DNA of 64,000 bases, from positions 3,392,001 to 3,456,000 of the forward strand of contig OZ243927.1 of assembly GCA_965213925.1 (NCBI GenBank), read 5' to 3'. The notes under the pieces were generated by a model. It saw only the letters and a program-made list of their open reading frames with translations. It did no database searches and was not told where the DNA came from. The position numbers and the translations under genes were made by a program. Source of the stretch: Trueperaceae bacterium (GTDB taxonomy: Bacteria > Deinococcota > Deinococci > Deinococcales > Trueperaceae). The first letter of the stretch is position 1. The number at the start of each line of letters is the position of its first letter. Below, one piece after another: positions 31,033-41,060 of the stretch.

Positions 31033-31422
31033 TTAGGTGCTGAATGAATACATACCAACGTGGTTGCCTTCGGTGTCGCTAAACACAGCCCGAACGAGAC
31101 CAAACTTGCTTTCTTTTTGCGGGGGATGTACGACCCTGCCACCAGCGTCTCTTACTGCTTTCAACTGAGCGTCAACGCTGTCAACCAAAATCATGATAAG
31201 TGGACGGTCAAGCTGCTTACTACGTGGTGAAATGTCGCCATTGATGCCCCCTGCCTCTGTGGGATTGCCTCGCTCATCGGCTGCTGTCGTAAGCGCAAAA
31301 ACACCACCATTGCCCATCGGGGGCGTCCGCCAGCCGAAGACTGTGGTGTGAAATGCGCTCGCTCGCGCAACGTCTTCGGCTGGCAGTTCAAAATAGGCGA
31401 CCTTGTTGACTTGTACTGACAT
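31033..31422 (-). CDS. VOC/glyoxalase family protein
   Basis: YFELPAED..RA..F...VFGW, INGDI, FSDTEGN. Confidence 0.88.
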   Translation of the reverse strand: MSVQVNKVAYFELPAEDVARASAFHTTVFGWRTPPMGNGGVFALTTAADERGNPTEAGGINGDISPRSKQLDRPLIMILVDSVDAQLKAVRDAGGRVVHPPQKESKFGLVRAVFSDTEGNHVGMYSFST

Positions 31423-31491
31423 CTGAAAACTCCTTTTCGATTGGAATCTTCATCTACTTTAGTCAGCCGTAAGCGGCATGTATTGTATAAG

Positions 31492-32188
31492 TCAGACATC
31501 AAACTTCTTTGCGTATTGCGCTGGCGTGTAGCCGGTGATTTTTCGGAACGCGTGAATATAGTGCGACTGATCGAAATAAGACGCCAGGTAATGCTTCTTA
31601 AAGGAATGTTGCAAGCGCAATACTTTGAGAAAATCGTGGGGGAGAGAAGCCTGTCGTTCGTTTGAGTGTTCGCTGGAGTTGACGGGGCGACAAGTCAGCA
31701 ATCATTGCCATGTCCGCTACACTATGAATATCATCAATATGCGCCAGTATTTTCGCTGTTACGGCGTTCGGTACCACTACCTTCTCAGCTATAAGCCGCT
31801 GTACCAACTCTGCCATAACTGGCTGTTTGGCAGGGAAGTCGAATTTGGCAAGTTTGCGGTTTGTTTCAACCAGCGGCAAATCACCTCCGTAAGGTATGCC
31901 CACAAAGCTATCAGCGATCTCGTCCTGGTTGCCTTGCCACACACCGGGTAAGAGTTGAATGCCTGCGTAATGAAATGCCTTACCTAGATTCAATACTATG
32001 TAAGTTGTGCGTAGTGCTGTGATTCCTGCTATTTGCGTATCTGCTTGATTAAATAAAATATTGACGCAGGCATCGGGCACAGCATGAAGATGAAAATCCT
32101 CTGGTAATGCAGTATCTGTTTTGAGTTCCCAAAAACAGTGTACCAATTCAGACAAATCACTCGGCAGCTTAACCTCTAGATACTGCAC
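31492..32188 (-). pseudogene. AraC-family regulator, frameshifted in the HTH region
   Basis: Frame 1 runs to ...SPRQLQRTLKRTTGFSP; frame 2 continues HDFLKVLR...YFDQSHYIHAFRKITGYTPAQY; one extra base in the G5 run at 31638-31642; visibly lower GC. Confidence 0.85.
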
Positions 32189-32359
32189 AGCTTGTGCTGT
32201 TTTATCTATGCCATCTTAAATTGGACTATACATAGTTCTACCCAATTATAACAGTTGGGCCCGTGGGGTATTTGGACAATAGAATAACGATTCTGCGATG
32301 TCGCTGCGTGAGCTGAGTCGAAAAGTGTCTTCCAGGGTAGAGAACGAACTATCTCTGCC

Positions 32360-32391
32360 TTGAGTTACAGTCGCGCGCAACTCGCGCACAA
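32360..32391. repeat. Module-boundary repeat, right arm intact and left arm degenerate
   Basis: TTGAGTTACAGTC-GCGCGC-AACTCGCGCACAA. Confidence 0.65.
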
Positions 32392-32472
32392 AGCTTCTGC
32401 CGCGAAAGGCCCGTAGAGTTGCACAAACCTTTCGGCGAAAGGACGTTTGTCGCAAACCCCGGTCAATAAGCC

Positions 32473-33270
32473 TCAGGCTTGTTGGCTGGGCGCGTTTTTG
32501 CCTATAGCATCGAGCGGTAACATCTCGGTCAGACGCGCTGACTCGGTTAAACTGCTCTTGAGGTACTGTCTCCCCGCCAGGTAAACGAGCAGCCACTGCA
32601 CCGACGCGAGGGCGTTGTAGATCATGTCGATGTTGTAAGACTCGGGCAAACGCACGTAAAATAGATCGGCGAGAAACCACGCGAGGGTCGCGCCGCTCAG
32701 CAGTAAAAAGGGTCGGGTGAGGCGCAGCTCGGCGCGTGAGAACCAGAGCGCCGCCGCAGGCAACACCAGCAAGGCGCTGAAGTACGTTTTGGCGTTGTCC
32801 GCGACCGATATACCTAATTCGAAGTCCAGGATGACGCCGAGCACCAACGCGACGACAAAGGTGACTGAGGAAACCAGTAAGATGAGCTGCGCGATAAGCT
32901 CGATGAAGATCGCGCCTCTGAGCCGCCTATAGACGATAAAGATGGCGAGCGACAAGGCGTACGCCCACGGCGCGCATTCGAGCGTCCACAGTGTCGCGCC
33001 CGCTAGCTCTAGCGCGAGTGGCATCTCGCCCGTGACGCTCCCGTAGACCCAAGCCAAGTTTGCGAAGGCAGTGAGCAGCGCCGCGAACGAGAGCGCGTAG
33101 AGTCCGCGCTGCCAGCGCAGCCCCTGCGCCGCCTTGCCAAAACGAAAAAGCGCCAGGGAGCTCAGCGCCATGAGCAGCGTATAGCTCACCTCCCCGAAGA
33201 GCGAAGGTAACAGGCCAGCCATCACCAGAAGACAAAGACCGACAACTAATCCGTAAGCAGCGATCATCAC
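32473..33270 (-). CDS. Multi-pass membrane hypothetical protein coupled to the GGDEF-EAL gene
   Basis: About 8 hydrophobic segments; GTGA overlap with the upstream stop. Confidence 0.7.
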   Translation of the reverse strand: MMIAAYGLVVGLCLLVMAGLLPSLFGEVSYTLLMALSSLALFRFGKAAQGLRWQRGLYALSFAALLTAFANLAWVYGSVTGEMPLALELAGATLWTLECAPWAYALSLAIFIVYRRLRGAIFIELIAQLILLVSSVTFVVALVLGVILDFELGISVADNAKTYFSALLVLPAAALWFSRAELRLTRPFLLLSGATLAWFLADLFYVRLPESYNIDMIYNALASVQWLLVYLAGRQYLKSSLTESARLTEMLPLDAIGKNAPSQQA

Positions 33271-35957
33271 GCCACCCTTTCTGCGGGCTTTCCCGCTCTG
33301 ACCAATTGAGGCGTTTCGGCTAACGTCAACCGGACGACCTCACCTAGAGTTGTGGGCTTGGAAAAGAGGTAGCCCTGCCCGTAAGGGCAGCCGAAGCCGC
33401 GTAAGACTTCGAGCTCGCGTGCGTGTTCGATCCCCTCCGCGACCAGGTCGAGCGACAGCGCCTCGGCGAGCGAGACGATGGTCCTGACGATCTCGAGCGT
33501 GCGCCTGTCCTCGCCCATCTTCTGAATAAAGGCGCGGTCCACCTTGAGGGTGTCGATCGGCAGGTCCTGGATGTAGGTCAGCGACGAGTAGCCGGTGCCG
33601 AAGTCGTCCATAACGATCTTGACGCCTAAAGCTTTGAGCTCCTCTAGGGGGGCGCGCGCACCGCCGGTGCTCTCGATCACGGCAGTCTCGGTGATCTCGA
33701 GCTTGAGCTGAGCGGGGTCGACCCCCGTCTCGAGCAAGACCGCCCTGACGTCGGAGACGAGGTGGGGGTGCAGCAACTGCTTGGCGGAGAGGTTCACGCT
33801 CATGGTAAAAGCGTCCCCGAGTTCGGGGTGCGCAGCGAGCGCGCTGCACGCCTCCTTGAGCACCCACAGCCCGAGCGGGACGATTAGACCGGAGTCCTCT
33901 GTGGCGGGGATAAACTCGGCGGGCGAGACGAAGCCGCGCTCGGGGTGACGCCAGCGCAAGAGCGCCTCTGCCCCGACGACAGCGCCGCTACCTAGCGCGA
34001 CGATGGGCTGGTAGTCCAGGTAGAAGTCGCCGCGCTCCAGCGCGTAGCGCAGGTCGGTCTCGAGGCGGTGGGCGGCGACCGCGGCGGCGAGCATCTGCTC
34101 GTCGTAGTAGAGGTGGGGCGCGCCGCTACGCTTCGCTTCGTACATGGCGACATCGGCGTTTTCTAGCGCTGTGTCAGGACCCGCGCAGCCGAGCACATCC
34201 TTGACGAGGCCGATGCTGAGACTTGGGAAGAGCGTTTCACCGGCCAAGTCGAAGGGCTCGGCGATCCGCCGCTCGAGCCGCGCGACCGCCGCCTCGAGAC
34301 TCTCCGCTGACGTTCCGTTCAACAGCACGACGAACTCGTCGCCGCCGAGCCGCGCGACGAGGTCGTCGCCCCGTACGCAGCTCTGCAGCCTGGCGGCGAT
34401 TTCCCTTAGCAGCAGGTCCCCGACCTTGTGCCCCAGGCTGTCGTTGACGAGTTTGAAGCGGTTAACATCCATAAAGAGGAGGCTCACGCTCTCCCCGCCG
34501 CCACACTCGAATAGCTGCTCCAGGCGCGCCTGGAGCATCAGCCGGTTGGGCAAGCCCGTGAGCGGGTCGAAGACGCCCCGCATCGAGATGTCCGTGAGCG
34601 AGCCCGCGACGCGTTCGGGAACACCCGCGGCGTTACACACCGACTTGCCGCGCACCAGCACCCAGAGGTAGTCGCCGCCCTTCGTCCTGAGCCGGTGCTC
34701 GTCCTCGAAGAACTCGCTTCTGCCCGCGATGTGCTCTTCCAGCTTCCGCCGCACGCGCGGCTCATCGTCTGGATGCACACGCACTTGCCACGTGTCGGTC
34801 GTGCCGACCCTCTCGCCCTCGTCGAAGCCGAGTAGCTCGAACCAGCGCGAAGAGTAGAGCACCTCGCCGCTGCCGAGGTCCCAGTCCCAGAGCCCGTCGT
34901 TGACCCCTTCGGCGACCAGGCTGTAGCGCCTCTCGCTCTGCGTGAGCTGGCAAAAGGTCGTCTGCAAGGCTTCTAACATGCCGTTGATGTAGCCGCCGAG
35001 CTGCGCGATCTCGTCAACGCCCTCGATCTCGATACGCCCGCCCAGATCGCCCTTTCGCGTGATCTGCTCGACCCAGCGGCTGAGACGCGTCAAGCGTGAG
35101 AGGAGCAGGCGTTCGACGAAGACGAGGGTCAGCACGCCGAAAGCGAGGCTGACGGTTATGAGGAGCGCCAGGAGCGCGCCCGCGCCCCGGGCGCTGCTAC
35201 GGTAGAGCGCCCGGGGATGGTTGATCGCCACCTTTATGGGGACGTCCGCGGTGAGGCTCGGCAGGGCGGCGCTCAGCCGGATGTCGTTGCCGCCTATCTC
35301 GGCCGGCGTTTCGGCGGAGGCGGTCGCGGCCTCGCCCCACAGCAGCTCGGCGTTTACGAGCGTATCCGCCGTTAGCTGCTCCATCAAGGCGTCGTCGAGG
35401 TAGCGCACGGCTAAAAAGGCCCCGTTGACTGCGCCGCTGACCTCGTCCGAGACCGGCGCGCTGACGACTTGCGCCGCACCCTTCGGGAGATACAGGTAGC
35501 CCGCTAGATCCACCTCGGCGTCGGGTGTGCTGAAGAGGTTTGGCATCTTGAGGAGCGCCTCGAGCGTGACTTCGTCTAGGGGTACGGCGTCTTCAAGCGC
35601 AGCGTCATACGCCTCCGCGTAGACGGGCTGGGCTTCTAAATCGGTGATGAGCAGGGCGTCGATATCGAACGTTTCGAAAACGTAAGCGCCCAGGTTCTCG
35701 TCGCGGTAGGTGGCGCTCCTCGCCTCCACAAAGTCATAGGTTTCGTCCCAGAACGCCCAGTCGTGAACAAAGGTTTGCGTGGTCGAGAGCGCATTTTGTA
35801 AATTTCTCTCGGCGCGCGCCAAGTCCCGCTCCGCCGCACGCACCTCCGCCTCGGACACGGACTTGACAGAAAACGCCCAGATAATCGCGGCGAGCGTCAC
35901 TACGAGCCCGGCGAGCACCACGCTGACCGCGCCGCCAATATGGAGCCGCAAGCTCAC
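33267..35957 (-). CDS. CHASE4-HAMP-PAS-GGDEF-EAL c-di-GMP signalling protein
   Basis: DWAFWDETYDFV (CHASE4), DEIAQLG (HAMP), DGLWDWD/VHPDD (PAS), RGDD-x5-GGDEF, EALLRW, DDFGTGYSSL. Confidence 0.93.
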   Translation of the reverse strand: MSLRLHIGGAVSVVLAGLVVTLAAIIWAFSVKSVSEAEVRAAERDLARAERNLQNALSTTQTFVHDWAFWDETYDFVEARSATYRDENLGAYVFETFDIDALLITDLEAQPVYAEAYDAALEDAVPLDEVTLEALLKMPNLFSTPDAEVDLAGYLYLPKGAAQVVSAPVSDEVSGAVNGAFLAVRYLDDALMEQLTADTLVNAELLWGEAATASAETPAEIGGNDIRLSAALPSLTADVPIKVAINHPRALYRSSARGAGALLALLITVSLAFGVLTLVFVERLLLSRLTRLSRWVEQITRKGDLGGRIEIEGVDEIAQLGGYINGMLEALQTTFCQLTQSERRYSLVAEGVNDGLWDWDLGSGEVLYSSRWFELLGFDEGERVGTTDTWQVRVHPDDEPRVRRKLEEHIAGRSEFFEDEHRLRTKGGDYLWVLVRGKSVCNAAGVPERVAGSLTDISMRGVFDPLTGLPNRLMLQARLEQLFECGGGESVSLLFMDVNRFKLVNDSLGHKVGDLLLREIAARLQSCVRGDDLVARLGGDEFVVLLNGTSAESLEAAVARLERRIAEPFDLAGETLFPSLSIGLVKDVLGCAGPDTALENADVAMYEAKRSGAPHLYYDEQMLAAAVAAHRLETDLRYALERGDFYLDYQPIVALGSGAVVGAEALLRWRHPERGFVSPAEFIPATEDSGLIVPLGLWVLKEACSALAAHPELGDAFTMSVNLSAKQLLHPHLVSDVRAVLLETGVDPAQLKLEITETAVIESTGGARAPLEELKALGVKIVMDDFGTGYSSLTYIQDLPIDTLKVDRAFIQKMGEDRRTLEIVRTIVSLAEALSLDLVAEGIEHARELEVLRGFGCPYGQGYLFSKPTTLGEVVRLTLAETPQLVRAGKPAERVA

Positions 35958-36370
35958 GCGAATATCCTTGCGCCCAGATAGCGCTTAGGCAACGCGTCAA
36001 AAGGTTTCTGGTAAGACTCCATATCGGCATAAGGATAGACGAGAGGCTCTTACAGAAATCTTACCGAAAGGTGGTTCGTGGAAGCATCATACAAATTCCG
36101 ATTCATTTTTTATCAGTCTAAACGTAGCGAGTAGGAACAAGTTCGGCGACCTTATTTATCTTTCCCTTGGCGTCGCTACCCCGAACGTCCTCCTTGCCAA
36201 GAGCGCACTCCGCCAGCCGAAGTGATCAGCGTTTCGGTGCAGGCTTGCGCCGGGTAGACCGCTAAGCCGACACCGAGGCGCGTCTGGGGCGAGCGGCTGG
36301 CTCGAGCGGAGCGACGAGCGTCTCGCCGGTGCGCGTCCGTCTTTGGCTAAACGATAAGTGTCTGAGCGAG

Positions 36371-36402
36371 TACTGCAGCTGTTGCGCGCGTTCGTGACCT
36401 AA
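36371..36402. repeat. 32-bp module-boundary repeat (B|A, variant outer ends)
   Basis: TACTGCAGCTGTT-GCGCGC-GTTCGTGACCTAA. Confidence 0.7.
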
Positions 36403-36456
36403 AAGAATCTCCTCCTTTTAACACACCAATCCATATGGTTGTGCTAGAATAGCCAC

Positions 36457-36891
36457 ATGGATGCATTTATTCCCCCTCCAGCACAATCGACGGGCGTTTT
36501 TCATACCTTAGGTCTCACAACCCGACCGCATGATCTAATCAAAGTGGTGAAAGGCGGTCTATCTGTTCAAGTCTTTCGCGTATTAGCCGAAACGCTGGGC
36601 GTCAGCGACGCGGTACTCGCGAATTTAGCAGGCATCAGCGGCACAACCTTGACCCGCCGCAAGCGCGCAGGGCAGCTGACACCCGACGAGAGTGAGCATG
36701 TGCTCAGGATTGCCAACCTACTAGAACGCGCAGCACAGGTGTTCGAAGACGTCGGTGACGCAGCGGAGTGGCTCAAAACGCCTAACCTCAGCCTCGGCAA
36801 CGTCACGCCGCTTAGCTATGCCGACACGGAAATAGGTGCCCGCGAGGTCGAGAACCTACTCGGTCGGATAGACTACGGCGTCTACAGTTAA
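36457..36891 (+). CDS. Antitoxin, Xre/MbcA/ParS family
   Basis: TLTRRK..GQLTPDESE, AAEWLKTPN.SLG..TPL, LGRIDYGVYS; TAGAAT-N6-ATG. Confidence 0.92.
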   Translation: MDAFIPPPAQSTGVFHTLGLTTRPHDLIKVVKGGLSVQVFRVLAETLGVSDAVLANLAGISGTTLTRRKRAGQLTPDESEHVLRIANLLERAAQVFEDVGDAAEWLKTPNLSLGNVTPLSYADTEIGAREVENLLGRIDYGVYS

Positions 36892-36917
36892 ATTGCCCTT
36901 CACCTTACGCAATATGT

Positions 36918-37403
36918 ATGGCTGACGTCCTCACAGCCTGGCGACTTGTCAGACCTAAATATGGCAACCAGGCTGATGCTTTTAGCGGTGAAGGTTCGCG
37001 TCTCTTCGGTGGGCGTTGGAACTCGCCGGGTGTGCGTGTTACTTACGTCAGCTCGAGTCTGTCGCTCGCCACACTAGAGACGCTCGTCCACGCGGACAGG
37101 CGGCGCTTCGAGCGAGACTACGTCGCCTTCAAGCTCTACCTACCTGAAGCGCTCGTGCTCGAGCTGCGCAGTGAGGATTTGCCCGAGGAGTGGCGGGCGA
37201 GGGCCGTGAGCGAGGGCGCGAGGCAAGTTGGAGATGCGTGGCAAGCGGCGCAGGCGAGTGTCGCCTTGTCTGTACCTAGCGTAATCGTGCCTGCGGAGCG
37301 GAACTATCTGCTCAACCCTAGACACCCGCAGTTCAGCGAGCTAACGATTGAAGACCCGCAACCTTTTCGCTTCGACGCACGGCTCGCTGACAAAGGACGA
37401 TAA
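36918..37403 (+). CDS. RES-domain toxin (MbcT/ParT family)
   Basis: WRL, FSGEG...GGRWNSPG, LATLETLVH, VPSVIVP, NYLLNP.H; follows the Xre antitoxin. Confidence 0.92.
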   Translation: MADVLTAWRLVRPKYGNQADAFSGEGSRLFGGRWNSPGVRVTYVSSSLSLATLETLVHADRRRFERDYVAFKLYLPEALVLELRSEDLPEEWRARAVSEGARQVGDAWQAAQASVALSVPSVIVPAERNYLLNPRHPQFSELTIEDPQPFRFDARLADKGR

Positions 37404-37512
37404 AGTCATACTCGCGGCTTTTCATGATCGAGAAGGTACCGCAGTCGCAATGCGTGTGGTCGGGTAGCAGGAGACCGTCACTGGCCTCCCGCCCCTAAGA
37501 GCCGTGCGTGCG

Positions 37513-39948
37513 GTAGGGTAGGATGCCAGCGAGCTGCCTATCAAAGATAGCGCTTTTCCAACATCCCCCCTCCGAACCCCGCATGACCGCTTTCCGTGTC
37601 ACGGGGCTCTCCAGTAATCTCAACATGAAAGTCCTTTCCCGTGGTAGTGCCCTTTATGGATGTCTTGGTGGCAGGTGAGGCAGACCACCAGCGTCTTGCG
37701 TCGGCGAGCCGACATCCTTTGCATCCATTCGGGCCGTGACTTACGCCCTCTTTGTTCAAGGTCTGCCAGTTTTCGGACGTGATGCACTTCGACGTGCTCC
37801 ACCGACCCACAAAGCTCACAGCTTTGCGCTAAAAGGCGGTCCACCACTTCATTACGCCCGTTCCAAATCTTACTGTTCTGGTTGTCGTCCAAGGCTACCC
37901 ATTTGTTCCACCGTAACGGGATGCCGCCAAAGTGGGTGATGAGTGGCTTCTTTTTAGGACCACGGTCCACTTTGACTTGAAGGACTTTATAGCTGCCCTC
38001 CTTGAGGTCGATGGTGGTGCGGTAGCGCCGATAGATTTTCTGGCAACTCGTCCTGAACTTATTCGCCAGCGTTTTCACTAGCGAGAGTTCTGTGACGCGC
38101 TTGAGTCGGCCCAGCGTGTGGAGGTTGTAGGCCATGCGGTAATACTGCACGACCCCGCGGTATTCCGCTTGATATTGGCTGACGATGCTGTAAGCATCGC
38201 TGCTGAGCCTTTGTGGGAGGTGAATGGGCTTGCCGCGTCGCATGTACTTGGCGCAGTGCGCTTTCATGACGTGCGACGGTACCCGGAGTCCGACGCTGCC
38301 GTTGATGCAGCGTTGTCCCCGGTGGTCGTGTTTATCGTCAGCGTGAAGAATGTGGACCTCATAGCCCAGGAAACGCGCTTTCTGCGTGCGCGCGTGGGTC
38401 AGCAGGGTCTTATCCTCGCTAAGCTCAAGCTTGAGTTCGTCGCGTAAGAAGGCGGCAATCTCTTGCTTGATAGCCACGGCCTCGTCTTTTGGCCCTTTCA
38501 GCCCCAGCAGAAAGTCATCGGCATACCTTTGGTACCACAATCGCCGGAAGTTCGGGTCATCGGGGTCGCGCGACGGCATTGTCTGGGCCTGCTGGCTCAG
38601 TTGCCGCGCGGTCTCCCAGTTCCCTGCTTTCCGAGCGTCGTGAGCGGCTTTGGCGATGGCGACATACGGGGGGTAGGTCTTGCGGCGTTCGCCGCGTGTG
38701 TAAGCTGGTATCAGTTCGTGCTCGACAAACTTGTCCAGCCTGTCCAGAACCAGGTTGGTGAGGATTGGACCGACAATCGACCCTTGCGGCACACCGCTGT
38801 AGGTCTGGTGAAAGGTCCAGTTCTCCAGGTAGCCAGCTTCGAGCAGCCCCTTGATAAGCCGCAGGAAGCGGTTGTCGTGGAAGCTCTTCTGCAAGATGTT
38901 CAACAAGACATCGAAGTTAATCTTGTCGAAACACGAGCAGATATCTCCCTCGATAAACCACTTTGTACCTCGACCCTCTTGGGTGACTTTGCGCAAAGCT
39001 GTGTGGCATCCCCGTTTCGGTCGAAAGCCGTGAGAACGGTCGCTGAACCGCGGTTCATAATAGGCTTCCAGGATGGAGCGGATAACTTCTTGAAGAAGTT
39101 TGTCCGACCAGGAAGGCATCCCTAGAGGCCGCATCTTGCCATTCTTTTTGGGAATGTAACGGCGTCGTACCGGCGTCCACCGATACCGCTCTTGGCGTAG
39201 CGCCTCGATGATGGTATCAATTTTCGCTAGGGACATCCCGTCCACGGTTTCGTCCGAGGCACCTGGTGTCAGTGCGCCTTCGTTCTTGTAGAGCTTGGCG
39301 TAGGCGCGCAGGTAGAGGTCAGGCCGGTAGAGTAGGCGATACACCCTTTTAACCGGCAGGCCACGCTGGCCGCGTTCACGTAGGATGGTGAGTACCGTTT
39401 CGGCGGTTCGCATCTCGCGTACCTCACAGTTCCTTTCCATCATGATTACCTGGTCTCCTTCGCCCTGCGAACGGCTCTCCCGCTCTCCCTGGTGGGGCGT
39501 GACGCCCACGACTACTACGAGACCTCCGTTACCTTAGGACTCGCGTCCCTTAGGCAATCCCGTGTTTCGTCACTGAGGAACGTGCTAGAACGACTTAGGC
39601 TCGCCACTCATAGCCTTGGATGAACTCATTGTTCATCGCCCATCAAGCAGAGCGTCATTTGGACGAAACTTGAATCCAAATGTCCTGATGGCGTCGGTGT
39701 ACAGACGTGCTACCGACGGGTGTGCGTGACCACCGCTGGCTATTGGCGTTCAAACAATCCAGTCTTAGCCTTATCATTCAGGCGTTGCAGAGCCGCATCG
39801 TACACGTCTTCCTTTGCGCTCCGCTTTAATGCCATGCTCTTGTCCCCTCCCTCCTTTCGAGCTCAGGTTAGGCATCCGCCTCGGGGTCGTTTGCCCTGAA
39901 CCCCGGCCAACTCCGTTGGCAATTCACTCAATGCGCACCACGGCGCAC
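37513..39948 (-). mobile_element. Inner group II intron with intact RT/maturase/HNH ORF
   Basis: 5' end GTGCGCCG at 39948; domain V GAGCCCCGTGACACGGAAAGCGGTCATGCGGGGTTC and domain VI ending CCTACCCTAC at 37513. Confidence 0.92.
37620..39413 (-). CDS. ltrA: Group II intron reverse transcriptase/maturase with HNH endonuclease (ML-lineage-like)
   Basis: RPLGMPSWSDK, SHGFRP, GVPQGS, RYADDF, FLGY, C-terminal CELC..EVHH..CLTCH; likely start ATG 39413. Confidence 0.95.
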   Translation of the reverse strand: MRTAETVLTILRERGQRGLPVKRVYRLLYRPDLYLRAYAKLYKNEGALTPGASDETVDGMSLAKIDTIIEALRQERYRWTPVRRRYIPKKNGKMRPLGMPSWSDKLLQEVIRSILEAYYEPRFSDRSHGFRPKRGCHTALRKVTQEGRGTKWFIEGDICSCFDKINFDVLLNILQKSFHDNRFLRLIKGLLEAGYLENWTFHQTYSGVPQGSIVGPILTNLVLDRLDKFVEHELIPAYTRGERRKTYPPYVAIAKAAHDARKAGNWETARQLSQQAQTMPSRDPDDPNFRRLWYQRYADDFLLGLKGPKDEAVAIKQEIAAFLRDELKLELSEDKTLLTHARTQKARFLGYEVHILHADDKHDHRGQRCINGSVGLRVPSHVMKAHCAKYMRRGKPIHLPQRLSSDAYSIVSQYQAEYRGVVQYYRMAYNLHTLGRLKRVTELSLVKTLANKFRTSCQKIYRRYRTTIDLKEGSYKVLQVKVDRGPKKKPLITHFGGIPLRWNKWVALDDNQNSKIWNGRNEVVDRLLAQSCELCGSVEHVEVHHVRKLADLEQRGRKSRPEWMQRMSARRRKTLVVCLTCHQDIHKGHYHGKGLSC

Positions 39949-39983
39949 ACTTTCACCGCACACGGCTCAAGCCAATCACGAAG

Positions 39984-40118
39984 CTACCGCGATAAGCTCG
40001 TAGTAGCCCTGAAGATTCGCCCTCTCAGATTGCGAACCCGCCAATTGACAGCTCGCCAGTTCACAGCGTGCCAGTCCGTAGGTCCTTCGGTTTCGTTTGC
40101 AGAGCTTCGGGCTCGCAT
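39984..40118 (-). pseudogene. 44-aa N-terminal remnant of the outer intron's RT
   Basis: MRARSSANETEGPTDWHAVNWRAVNWRVRNLRGRIFRATTSLSR*; the W..VNW....VRNL..RIFRA pattern is the RT N-terminal motif of CL-type intron proteins; it sits directly before domain V. Confidence 0.8.
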
Positions 40119-41060
40119 CTAACTTCCCCTTAGTTGGCAACCTTCAGAACATCTCTCTAGGAGATTGACCAGTCCCACGTCAGCACCCTTTCGGGTTGAG
40201 TATCGGCTCTATCTAGCCCCTTATGATTTCGGGTCGCCTTTCGGCGGCTAGCCTTCGCTTCTTGGGACCTCCTATGCCCGCTGGAGCGTTCGGCGTTCCT
40301 TACGGTTCGCTTACCTGCAACAGGACTCCAACGGGGTTTCCGTGTTCCACTTGTGTGAGCTGCGACCGGGTTAGGCGTGCTCTCTACTCCGGGGTCATGG
40401 TGTCCTCGTGCAGAACGCGCGTACTCTCTGCACCTGTTGAGGCGAGATACCTTATCCTTAGCCTCGACCCGACCATGCCTTATCAACCATCCTTCGACAA
40501 ACCGAACTAACGGAGCTTTGACCGAGCATTCACGTTCGTTCGCCTTACCGGTCTTTCCCTCACCCGAGTCTCTACGATGGTTTAGATTCTCTTAGGCTTT
40601 ACCTCCAGCTTCACACCTTGCCATTACTGGCAACGCATGTGGAAGTCGGGAATGAGCCTGGACACTGGCTCAGAGTTCTTTTCCTCCTTCCTAACTCACT
40701 CACTTCAAGCGACTTCACGTCGCACACGCGCGCGTTAGTCGCACAATGGTTCGTGTGTTGAAAAAGGGTTAAGGGGAAGGTCGAATAACGATGTAATACG
40801 GCTTTCGGGTAACTCCCCTAGGGATTACCTCGAGCGTAGCGAGTAGAAAGAACTACGGATTTCAATGAGTGCGTTCGGACTTCGGTGAAACCCACTGCTC
40901 GTCACTTTGTGGTGTCATGTTGATAGAGCACATAAGAAGCTCAGCTGAGCGCTAGTTCGGCTACAAAGATACTTGTGGTTGTACTTAGCCACATGACGGT
41001 ATACTCTGGGCATCCAAGGTTTGAAGACAAGCCTAGTTCTTGCCGAGCGGAGGGAGTCCA

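Larger units (their letters stand above)
37459..40725 (-). mobile_element. Outer group II intron (IIB/CL-like, ORF deleted), interrupted in domain V by the inner intron
   Basis: 5' end GTGCGACGTGAAGTCGC at 40725; domain V GAGCCGTGTGCGGTGAAAGT|CGCACGCACGGCTC split at 39949/37512; domain VI ends CTACCCGAC at 37459; EBS1 and EBS2 are complementary to the 5' exon. Confidence 0.9.
37448..40746. repeat. 32-bp module-boundary repeat split by the intron (37448-37458 plus 40726-40746)
   Basis: Removing 37459-40725 restores CAATGCGTGTGAC-GCGCGC-GTTAGTCGCACAA. Confidence 0.9.

Noticed and set aside
37620..39413. RT as a retron, DGR or defence RT
   Set aside because: It has maturase and HNH domains and lies within complete group II intron RNA boundaries; no TR/VR pair or msr-msd was seen.
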